Assembly (NCBI GenBank): GCA_043812975.1 | Contig: JBDRLP010000036.1 | Coordinates: 1 to 20,696 of the forward strand | DNA from: Candidatus Iainarchaeum sp. | GTDB taxonomy: Archaea > Iainarchaeota > Iainarchaeia > Iainarchaeales > Iainarchaeaceae | Reading direction: 5' to 3' | DNA: 20,696 bases | In this document: in pieces, positions 1 through 7,164 of the stretch | Layout: the number at the start of each line of letters is the position of its first letter | Numbering within the stretch: position 1 is the first letter of the stretch | Program-made: the position numbers and the translations under genes | Notes under the pieces: generated by a model | Database searches by the model: none | The model's input: only the letters and a program-made list of their open reading frames with translations | What the model was told of the DNA's origin: nothing

Positions 1-102
1 AGTTTTTTTGATTCTTATATTCACACGAGTGATGATTATTTTTCTCCAATGACTTTGCTGAAAAAATTTGAAGGAGGCGATAAGAGTGAAGCCGGAAACT
101 GA
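1..102 (+). CDS. 3' end of an upstream ORF (partial; SFFDSYIHTSDDYFSPMTLLKKFEGGDKSEAGN*), probably part of the VirB4 locus
   Basis: Frame 1 is open from base 1 to TGA at 100-102 and overlaps the start of the next small ORF, as in a compact operon. Confidence 0.45.
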   Translation, partial: SFFDSYIHTSDDYFSPMTLLKKFEGGDKSEAGN

Positions 103-250
103 AGAAGCAATAGAACAAATACCAAGAGAACTGGACAAACTCACCAGAATAATTTCTATAATCGGCGAGACTTTGTTCAATACAAAAATAAAAAAGTTAA
201 AAGAAAACCAAGAACAGTTCGAGGAACTTGTGAAAAAAAAGGAGCAATGA
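86..250 (+). CDS. Small helical hypothetical protein (about 54 aa) directly upstream of the VirB4-like ATPase
   Basis: ORF track gives 68..250. GGAGG at 73-77 sits 8 nt before the in-frame GTG at 86, favouring that start. The stop is 3 nt before the ATG at 254. Confidence 0.55.
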   Translation: MKPETEEAIEQIPRELDKLTRIISIIGETLFNTKIKKLKENQEQFEELVKKKEQ

Positions 251-253
251 AAA

Positions 254-2509
254 ATGCAAAAACAAGATTGTCTGACAGATTTAATCAAACCTTCTTATGT
301 GAAAAATGGTTTTGATTCAATCCAGGTTAATTCTAACCATAACAGAGTTGTTTGTGCTGTTGGTTATCCGAGAATGATTAAGGAGGGCTGGCTTAACAGC
401 ATTGTTTCTAGTGAGGGCGATTTTGATTTGAGCATGTTTGTAGAGCCATCACAAATAGAGGGAATATTGAATACTTTGAATCAGGAGCTTGTGAAACAAA
501 AAAGTGACATGATGTCCGCAGAACTCAACGGGATTGTGAATCCTTCTTTGAAAGTTCAGTATGAGGACACTTACAGGACACTCGAAAGGCTTCAAACAGG
601 AGAAGAAAAATTGTTCAATTTTTCTCTTTACCTTAATTCGCGTGCGAACACTAAAGAAAAACTCGAACTCTTAACAAGAAAACTAGAGTCTGAGTTAAAT
701 TCTATGATGATTATTCCCAAAATTCCTTACTTGAAAATGCAGGAAGCAGTTAAGAGCATTATTCCAATTGGAACTGATAAGCTTAGGGTTCAGCAGAACA
801 TTCCCTCCAATGCTTTGAGTGCTTGTTTTCCATTCACCACAAGCTTCCTAAAATTACAGGAAGGAGGTATAATGTTTGGTTTAAACAAGGACAACAATAT
901 CCCGATTATTATTGACCCTTATCAACTTCAAAACTATAACGGCTTAATATTGGGTTCTTCTGGTTCTGGAAAAAGCTTTGGAGTAAAACTCAATATTCTA
1001 AGAAGGTTAATGATGAACGTGAAAACTTTTATTATTGATCCGCAAGGCGAGTATGTGGAGTTGTGCAAAACTTATGGTGGCCAGTTGGTTGAGATTTCAC
1101 AGGACTCTGATACCATAATTAACCCTCTTGATTTGATGGACAGGGATTTTGGGGACAAAATGCTTTCCCTCATGGACTTGTTTAAAATAATGTGCGGGGA
1201 ACTCTCAGAACCACAAAAGAATATTCTTGATAGGGCTTTGCTCAAGGTTTATGCGGATAAGGGGATTCGTCCAAAGGATAGGGAAACTTGGAGTAATGAA
1301 CCGCCGACAATACAAGACCTTTACAAGATTCTTAAGTTTGAGAAAAAAATAGCAAACAGGTTAGAGCAGGTTACTTACGATGCTTTACTAAATAGAATTG
1401 GGATTTATGCTGAGGGTTCGTTTAGTTTTCTTAACAAAAAAACCAACCTCGATTTGAACAATAACCTGATTTGTTTTAATATTGCGGAAATGCCTTCACA
1501 GGTTAAGCCTGTTATGATGTATTTGATTCTGGATTTTATTCACAAAAAAATGCAAAACAACAAAGAAAGAAAACACCTCGTGATTGACGAAGCATGGACT
1601 TTACTAAGGTATGGTGAGCAGGCAAATTACTTGTTTGAAATGATTAAGACTGCAAGAAAATTCGGTTTAGGATTAACAATTATTACACAGGAAGTAAACG
1701 ATTTATTACAAAGGAATGCAGGAAAAACCATTCTCGCTAATTGCGCATGGAAACTTCTTTTGAGGCAAGAACCTACCGTGATTAGAGAGCTTACTGAAAA
1801 ATTTAATTTAAACCAGGAAGAACAAAATTTCGTTTTAACCGCAGATAGAGGAGAAGGTTTGTTGTTTGCAATGAATGACAGAATCCCCATTAAAATTGTT
1901 GCAAGTGAAAAAGAATATGAAATCATAACCACCAACCCTGATGAAATTAGAAAAAGGGAGAGTAAAAAGAAAAAGGATAAGGAAGAGACACAGCTTCGTG
2001 ATGAAGTCATTAAACTCAGGAAAGATTATTACCTCAGAAATGATTTAAGTGAAGAACAAATAGATTATTTGAAAAGCAAGGATTACAAAGAAGAAAGATT
2101 GTGCGGATTGGATAAGGGCGGTGCACAAATTTATTTGATAAAAAAGCACAATGAGTCAAACGAATCCATTGAGCATTATTTTATGACAAAAATAATAATG
2201 GAAGAAATACGAAAATACACAGAAAATGTTGTAGAGTACAGTACCTTCGGGCCCGATGTGATGTTTCAAGTTCCTGTTAAAGGACAAGACAAACACGAGT
2301 GGTATGCGATAGAAGTAGAAACAGGAAAAACACTCAAAAAGAATCCTTCAGCACTGGAAAAGAAAACATTCAAAAACAACCATTTACAACACCTCAACGG
2401 CTGGTTTTACGTGGTCACAGACGCAAACATGAAAAACGATTATTCAAAGTACGCTGAAACATTTACAAGAACCGAAATAAAAAAGAAAATCAAAGAACTA
2501 TTTTTATGA
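254..2509 (+). CDS. virB4: VirB4/TraC-like (HerA-FtsK superfamily) secretion ATPase with a C-terminal PD-(D/E)xK-like extension
   Basis: Walker A GSSGSGKS, IIDPQGEY, INPLD, Walker B LVIDEAW, ARKFGLGLTIITQ and GEGLL motifs. The N-terminal region (YPR...GWL..., LQTGEEKLFNFSLY) resembles Gram-positive/archaeal VirB4. Confidence 0.85.
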   Translation: MQKQDCLTDLIKPSYVKNGFDSIQVNSNHNRVVCAVGYPRMIKEGWLNSIVSSEGDFDLSMFVEPSQIEGILNTLNQELVKQKSDMMSAELNGIVNPSLKVQYEDTYRTLERLQTGEEKLFNFSLYLNSRANTKEKLELLTRKLESELNSMMIIPKIPYLKMQEAVKSIIPIGTDKLRVQQNIPSNALSACFPFTTSFLKLQEGGIMFGLNKDNNIPIIIDPYQLQNYNGLILGSSGSGKSFGVKLNILRRLMMNVKTFIIDPQGEYVELCKTYGGQLVEISQDSDTIINPLDLMDRDFGDKMLSLMDLFKIMCGELSEPQKNILDRALLKVYADKGIRPKDRETWSNEPPTIQDLYKILKFEKKIANRLEQVTYDALLNRIGIYAEGSFSFLNKKTNLDLNNNLICFNIAEMPSQVKPVMMYLILDFIHKKMQNNKERKHLVIDEAWTLLRYGEQANYLFEMIKTARKFGLGLTIITQEVNDLLQRNAGKTILANCAWKLLLRQEPTVIRELTEKFNLNQEEQNFVLTADRGEGLLFAMNDRIPIKIVASEKEYEIITTNPDEIRKRESKKKKDKEETQLRDEVIKLRKDYYLRNDLSEEQIDYLKSKDYKEERLCGLDKGGAQIYLIKKHNESNESIEHYFMTKIIMEEIRKYTENVVEYSTFGPDVMFQVPVKGQDKHEWYAIEVETGKTLKKNPSALEKKTFKNNHLQHLNGWFYVVTDANMKNDYSKYAETFTRTEIKKKIKELFL

Positions 2510-2516
2510 AAAAGCG

Positions 2517-2545
2517 GCTTTTATTTTAGCCATTTCTTTTTTTCT
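2517..2545 (+). terminator. Possible terminator between convergent genes
   Basis: Short GGCT/AGCC hairpin followed by a T-rich tract (TTTCTTTTTTTCT) just after the virB4 stop. Confidence 0.3.
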
Positions 2546-2607
2546 GGCTTCATAATTTTCTTTCATGTGTTCAAAACTAGCAATGTAACGTCTATACTCA
2601 GCTTCTC

Positions 2608-2841
2608 TCAGAAGTTCATCAGTTTTTTTATTAATAATTTCAACATCCATGTTCTTTTTTCCATCTTGATTTTGAGACCATCAATCTGTCGCCTAAAAAT
2701 ATCATCAGTATCATAATACAATTTAATCTTAGCAATCTTCCGCTCTTCCTCCAAAGCCCTATTCATAGCCAAGCCACGAATATTATTTCCCTTAAAAGCC
2801 TTCCAAAGCTCAACCTTCTTCTCTTCAGCAATTTCACCCAT
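2608..2841 (-). CDS. Small basic hypothetical protein (about 77 aa)
   Basis: ORF track gives 2608..2850. The ATG at 2841 (MGEIAEEKK) lies 29 nt from the TATA box at 2870-2880. Confidence 0.55.
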   Translation of the reverse strand: MGEIAEEKKVELWKAFKGNNIRGLAMNRALEEERKIAKIKLYYDTDDIFRRQIDGLKIKMEKRTWMLKLLIKKLMNF

Positions 2842-2869
2842 AATAACCAAGATAAGAGAAGTCTAAAGA

Positions 2870-2880
2870 TTTATATATAT
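2870..2880. promoter_or_regulatory. Bidirectional archaeal TATA box
   Basis: TTTATATATAT lies 29 nt from both the minus-strand ATG at 2841 and the plus-strand ATG at 2909. Confidence 0.5.
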
Positions 2881-2908
2881 CTTTTGGCTTACTAGAACTG
2901 GAGAATAA

Positions 2909-3640
2909 ATGGTTACAAGAGTTAAAACAGGTATTCCCGGTTTGGACAAATTACTCGAAGGAGGAATTCCTAAAGGGGCAGTTCTTCTTATATCTGGTAC
3001 ACCTGGAACTGGAAAAAGTATTTTATCATCACAAATGGCATATCAAATTGCATTGAGTGGAAAAAAATGTTTATACCTTAACCTCGAACAAAAAGAAGGT
3101 CAAATAGAAATCCAAATGGAACAATTTGGTTGGGATGCTAAAAAAGTAAAAAACAAATTGAAAATTGTAACAGTAGACTCTTCAAACCCTAAAATTGTTG
3201 AATACGTTATAGACGAAATAAAAAATGCTAATTATGATTTAATAATTTTAGATTCATTAGATTCAATTTCAAGTAGCCCAGTTTCATTAGAAGAACTTGG
3301 AGAAAGATCATTGGAAAAAGTTGCAGAATTTACTGTTCCGACAATTATGGACTCAGTTATGATTGGAAGAATGAAACTGAAAAGAATATTCAAAGCAATC
3401 AATACTTCAAACGCAACTGCAATCCTCACAAGTGAAAAAGTAGAAGGTGCAAAAGGTATAAGCCGAGACACAATCTCAGAATTCTTATGTGATGGAATAA
3501 TAATTTTACATTCAGTAGAAGGCGAAGAAGGATTCAGAACACTAAACATACCAAAAATGAGACTAACAAAACAAAAACAAGGAATATACTCCTTCACAAT
3601 AGAAAAAGAGGGAGTAAAAGTAAAAGCCCAAGAAGGATAG
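2909..3640 (+). CDS. KaiC/RAD55-like single-domain RecA-superfamily ATPase
   Basis: RVKTGIPGLDKLLEGGIP N-terminus, Walker A GTPGTGKS, Walker B IILDSL, EFLCDGIIIL, and RTLNIPKMR. Confidence 0.92.
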   Translation: MVTRVKTGIPGLDKLLEGGIPKGAVLLISGTPGTGKSILSSQMAYQIALSGKKCLYLNLEQKEGQIEIQMEQFGWDAKKVKNKLKIVTVDSSNPKIVEYVIDEIKNANYDLIILDSLDSISSSPVSLEELGERSLEKVAEFTVPTIMDSVMIGRMKLKRIFKAINTSNATAILTSEKVEGAKGISRDTISEFLCDGIIILHSVEGEEGFRTLNIPKMRLTKQKQGIYSFTIEKEGVKVKAQEG

Positions 3641-3650
3641 ATGAGTATCT

Positions 3651-4220
3651 ATGCCTAACTTATTCGAACTATTCAAATATTCCAAAATGCTTGAGCTTAA
3701 AGATGGAAGAATAGGGCTAATGGGAGTATCAATTAACATAACCCCTACAAGCATTTTACGAGACTTACAAAAAGGACTTGTAGAAGCCACTGGTTTTAGA
3801 AAAGCATACGAAAATATTTATTTAAGTGCTAAAAACGGTTCAATGGAATATAATAAAAATTTTATAAAAAAACAGAATTTCTCTGATAAAAGAAAAATAA
3901 TTGATTGGCAAAAGAAAATCGTGACCTTTGCTGGCTGGGGTGAGGTAGTAGTTGCAGAAATTGATTTTGAAAAGAATGAATACATAGCTCATTTCAAAAA
4001 TTCCCCCTTCCCAGAAATATATGGAAAAGCAAACTATCACATTGACATTATTCCTGCCGGTTTTATTGCTGGCGCATTTGAGGCAGGATTAAACAAAAAA
4101 CTTGACTGCCTAGAAACCAAGTGTATTGCTACAGGGTCTACATATTGTGAATTCAAGGTGGCGGCTCCGGAAAAGATTAAGAAGGAAAAAGCCGAATTAT
4201 GGAAAAAACTCAAAATTTAA
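3651..4220 (+). CDS. V4R (4-vinyl reductase) small-ligand-binding domain protein
   Basis: GWG motif, GFIAG and ETKCIATGSTYCEF. The N-terminus resembles XylR-N (DGRIGLMGVSI). It starts 10 nt after the KaiC-like gene. Confidence 0.85.
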   Translation: MPNLFELFKYSKMLELKDGRIGLMGVSINITPTSILRDLQKGLVEATGFRKAYENIYLSAKNGSMEYNKNFIKKQNFSDKRKIIDWQKKIVTFAGWGEVVVAEIDFEKNEYIAHFKNSPFPEIYGKANYHIDIIPAGFIAGAFEAGLNKKLDCLETKCIATGSTYCEFKVAAPEKIKKEKAELWKKLKI

Positions 4221-4275
4221 CTATTCAGAACGTTTTAAATAATTTAAAACCAACTATTTTCAAGGAGACTACATC

Positions 4276-5124
4276 ATGAGCAGACATTATGATTTTTTGC
4301 ACTTAATAGTTCCAGAATATATTCCAATGGCAATCACAACTGCTTTAGTAGGTGCTGTTTCTACCACTAATGCTTTTCCAGGATTTGAATTTATAATAGT
4401 AGCTATTGTCCTAACCCTTATAGTAGCGGCGTTTAACGCATTTAATGCGATAGCTGACAGAGAAATTGACCAAATCAACAAACCAGAAAGACCATTACCA
4501 TCAAAAAAAATTTCAAACCACGAAGCATTACTATTTGCTATAACAGCATATAGCATAGCACTTTTACTTTCTTTACTAATAAACCCAACTTTTTTTGCAA
4601 TAATCTTCATTGCTGTATTAGTAACAACTGCATACTCATATCCAGGCATAGATTTGAAAAGAAAATTTGGTATAGGGAATTTTACAGTAACTGTTTTTTA
4701 CGCAATTTTATGTTCACTTGCCGGATGGGCACTCTACCCAAATGAACCAATCCCAATCCCGATTATTTCTTTCTTGTTCTTAATCGGATTAAGTCTATCC
4801 ATTTCCAAAGATTTTATGGATATGCCTGGAGACGCATTCCATCAAGCCAACACACTTCCAGTAAAATTCGGCAAAAACCCTAGTGTTGGAATAATATTCA
4901 TCTTCTTAGTTATCTCCTACTTGGTGCTTTTAATGATTATCATTATGGGCTTATTATCACAACAATATTATTTTTTGTTTATATTCTTCCCTTTAATGTT
5001 ATTTAATGTAAACCGATTTAGAATAAAATCAAATTCAGATGACCATAATCACGTATTCATAAAAACAGTACTGCTAATAATTGTATTAGAAATATCAATA
5101 ATTTTACTAGAGGTTTTTGTTTGA
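4276..5124 (+). CDS. UbiA-family membrane prenyltransferase (DGGGP-synthase-like)
   Basis: First Asp-rich motif NAIADREIDQINKPERPLPS, a YSYP motif, second motif KDFMDMPGD..ANTLPV, and many transmembrane segments. Confidence 0.88.
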   Translation: MSRHYDFLHLIVPEYIPMAITTALVGAVSTTNAFPGFEFIIVAIVLTLIVAAFNAFNAIADREIDQINKPERPLPSKKISNHEALLFAITAYSIALLLSLLINPTFFAIIFIAVLVTTAYSYPGIDLKRKFGIGNFTVTVFYAILCSLAGWALYPNEPIPIPIISFLFLIGLSLSISKDFMDMPGDAFHQANTLPVKFGKNPSVGIIFIFLVISYLVLLMIIIMGLLSQQYYFLFIFFPLMLFNVNRFRIKSNSDDHNHVFIKTVLLIIVLEISIILLEVFV

Positions 5125-5537
5125 TTGAAACTAAAGAAAAAATAAAGACTAATCTAAAAAACTTACTTGTCGATTTTTTCCCAAAAAAAAACTTTTACAA
5201 AGTTTTTGTATTTCAACCTGCTGAAGACAAGTGGGAAAACCCTGAGGAAAAGGGAGTTTTATTATTAGTTAAAAAAAATCCAGCAGGAGAAAATATAATT
5301 CAAGAAATAATTTTTCTAGACGGGGAATTTATGCAAAGAGGGACTTCAATACACAAACAAGAAGCATTAGAAGGTATATTTAGGACAATGAAAGCCATGA
5401 GTCAAAAATATGAAACATTATCTTTTGACAAAATTACGAAAGAAAAGCAATATGATAAAATCATTAATTCCTTCTTTGAATTAGTCAAAATCAATACCAC
5501 CCAAAAAAATAAGAATAAACAACACCTACCAGATTAA
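5121..5537 (+). CDS. Hypothetical protein (138 aa), likely translationally coupled to the UbiA gene
   Basis: TTG start overlaps the UbiA TGA (TTGA), with GAGG upstream. No recognisable motif. Confidence 0.6.
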   Translation: MIETKEKIKTNLKNLLVDFFPKKNFYKVFVFQPAEDKWENPEEKGVLLLVKKNPAGENIIQEIIFLDGEFMQRGTSIHKQEALEGIFRTMKAMSQKYETLSFDKITKEKQYDKIINSFFELVKINTTQKNKNKQHLPD

Positions 5538-5631
5538 CCGCAAGCAAACCAATTACAAGCAATCCAACTAAAAATAAAATTTGATCACGCTTATTTCTAA
5601 ACTTATTAATTGCAAAATTGTAAGATGACAC
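5491..5631 (-). CDS. Possible 46-aa single-pass membrane peptide (not in ORF track)
   Basis: GTG at 5631 to TGA at 5491 gives VSSYNFAINKFRNKRDQILFLVGLLVIGLLAVNLVGVVYSYFFGWY: a basic patch followed by a long hydrophobic run. It overlaps the tail of the 5121..5537 ORF. Confidence 0.35.
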   Translation of the reverse strand: MSSYNFAINKFRNKRDQILFLVGLLVIGLLAVNLVGVVYSYFFGWY

Positions 5632-5787
5632 AAAAATAGAAATTATAAGGAACCACCCATGCTTTGACTTTTGTTTGTTGTAGTTGGTCTAATTGGTTGT
5701 CTATGGCATTTTTTATTATTATTAGTTCTTGTTCGTCTTTGATGGTTTCCTTGTTTTTTTTTGACTAAGAGTTTTTGTTGGCCACCA

Positions 5788-6075
5788 TCAAGTTTGATTA
5801 GGTAGAGTTCTCAACTTAACCCCGAGGAGTTTTCCATTAATTGTTTGTCCTTTTGTTGCTTTGGTTACTGCTTGCCAGAGCATTTGGTTTGATTGTTCTG
5901 TTGTGATGTGGCCGAGTTTGAATTCTTTTGTAATGTTGTTCAAGTGTTGTTTGAATTCTGGTTTTTTTCTGGCTAGGTCTTCTAGAAAGTAATAAAAGTT
6001 TCTGTCAAGTCTTTCTTTTGCTGATAGTATTTTGATGAATGCTGGTTGGTCGTATTTTCCTCTTGTTCTTGGCAT
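5788..6075 (-). CDS. Small basic hypothetical protein (about 95 aa, MPRTRGK...)
   Basis: ORF track gives 5788..6087 from GTG; the ATG at 6075 is an equally plausible start. It directly follows the Lrp gene on the same strand. Confidence 0.6.
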   Translation of the reverse strand: MPRTRGKYDQPAFIKILSAKERLDRNFYYFLEDLARKKPEFKQHLNNITKEFKLGHITTEQSNQMLWQAVTKATKGQTINGKLLGVKLRTLPNQT

Positions 6076-6083
6076 TTTTTTGG

Positions 6084-6548
6084 TCACTCTTCCTTTAGGA
6101 GATACGGGGTATTGGAAAACCTGTAAATTTGGCCTACAAGTGTTCCGTAAACCATTTTTACCCCAGGTTCCTTTCGCAGTGATTCTTTGATGTTTTCCAG
6201 TTCTTCTCTGGTGGAAACGTATACTCCGAGAAGGTAATCGTAGTTTCCGTAAATGGACATGGATATTGCCACGTTGGATGATTTTCCGAATTTTTTGTGG
6301 AGATTTTCAGTAATGCTTTGGTCTTCCACATCAACCTCAATCAAACCCAGTAATGACAAACCGAGTTTGTTCAAATCCAATTCAGGAGTCATGCGCTTAA
6401 TAATTCCTTTTTTCCGGAGCGCATCCAACCTCGCATGGACTGACGAAGGAGGCAGATTAAGGTCTTTAGCCATTTTGGTTATGTTTTGCGAGTCCTTTTC
6501 CAACATGTAATTCAAAAGCTTGATGTCAGTGTGGTTTAATTCACCCAT
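6084..6548 (-). CDS. Lrp/AsnC family transcriptional regulator
   Basis: DIKLL...MAKDLNLPPSSVHARLDALRKKGIIKR HTH, LDLNKLG linker, and a RAM domain with YGNYDYL. Confidence 0.93.
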   Translation of the reverse strand: MGELNHTDIKLLNYMLEKDSQNITKMAKDLNLPPSSVHARLDALRKKGIIKRMTPELDLNKLGLSLLGLIEVDVEDQSITENLHKKFGKSSNVAISMSIYGNYDYLLGVYVSTREELENIKESLRKEPGVKMVYGTLVGQIYRFSNTPYLLKEE

Positions 6549-6618
6549 TTGCGGTCACTCATATTACCAACACCTCCTAATATATAAATTTTACGTTGAA
6601 ACTCGGAAAACATCCACT

Positions 6619-6669
6619 AATTAGAAAATACCTAGTAAAAACAAGAAAAAACACAAGAATTAGAAAATA
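6619..6669. repeat. 12-bp direct repeat AATTAGAAAATA (6619-6630 and 6658-6669); candidate operator
   Basis: Two exact copies 39 bp apart in the divergent Lrp/HTH intergenic region. Confidence 0.5.
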
Positions 6670-6740
6670 TACGAACAAAACTGTAAAATATCCAACAATT
6701 TGGGGGTTAAGTTAAAAACCATCAAAATAACAGTTTAATA

Positions 6741-6832
6741 AGGGGGTTAGAGGACTACTTTCGAGTCTTTTCACTAAGAGTTGTTGGTGGTCACGCTGAC
6801 CCCCTCTAAAATCAAAAATCAGTTTAGAGGTG
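6741..6832 (+). ncRNA. Candidate structured cis-regulatory RNA: three-way junction plus an SD-sequestering hairpin
   Basis: P1 AGGGGGTTAG/CTGACCCCCT (6741-6750/6796-6805). P2 AGGACT/AGTCTT (6751-6756/6764-6769). P3 TCACTAA/TTGGTGG (6771-6777/6784-6790). All non-Watson-Crick pairs are G-U on the + strand. CCTCTAAA/TTTAGAGG (6803-6810/6823-6830) covers most of the GAGGTG SD of the gene at 6840. Confidence 0.45.
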
Positions 6833-6839
6833 TAATATA

Positions 6840-7136
6840 ATGTACTCCCAAGACGAAACAGTGACAATCAAAGAACTGCCATTAATAATAAGTGCTGGAA
6901 AAATAGTTCTATCGGATAATCCAGGAAAACTTTTAGGGGAACACAGAAGGCTAAATGGCGTTACAAAAACTGAACTAGGAAACAACCTGAACATGTCAAT
7001 ACAACTCATAGCAAAATACGAAAACGGAATAATCGAAGTGCCGGGATCAAGGATTGTAAAAAACTGGTTAGAAGCAATTCAACAAATAAAATCACTCAAG
7101 TATATAAAAGACAATCAAAGTGAACCTCTAGGTTAA
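6840..7136 (+). CDS. Xre/Cro HTH regulator resembling the N-terminal domain of archaeal COG1709 regulators
   Basis: AGKIVLSDNPGKLLGEHRRLNGVTKTELG..L.MSIQLIAKYENG....PG...VK...EA pattern; SD GAGGTG at 6827-6832. Confidence 0.8.
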   Translation: MYSQDETVTIKELPLIISAGKIVLSDNPGKLLGEHRRLNGVTKTELGNNLNMSIQLIAKYENGIIEVPGSRIVKNWLEAIQQIKSLKYIKDNQSEPLG

Positions 7137-7164
7137 CAACTTCCACATTTTAAAACGAGTTCAA

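Noticed and set aside
1627..4649. Antisense ORFs 1627..2010, 3232..3597, 3563..3790, 3840..4040 and 4287..4649
   Set aside because: They lie opposite well-supported genes and have no motifs; they are shadow frames.
6741..6805. Three-stem structure considered as a tRNA or purine riboswitch
   Set aside because: It has no T-loop/D-loop consensus or fourth arm, and lacks the purine-riboswitch junction sequences. Kept only as an unknown structured RNA.
6158..7009. ORFs 6158..6340, 6253..6510 and 6824..7009
   Set aside because: Alternative-frame or antisense overlaps of the Lrp and HTH genes.
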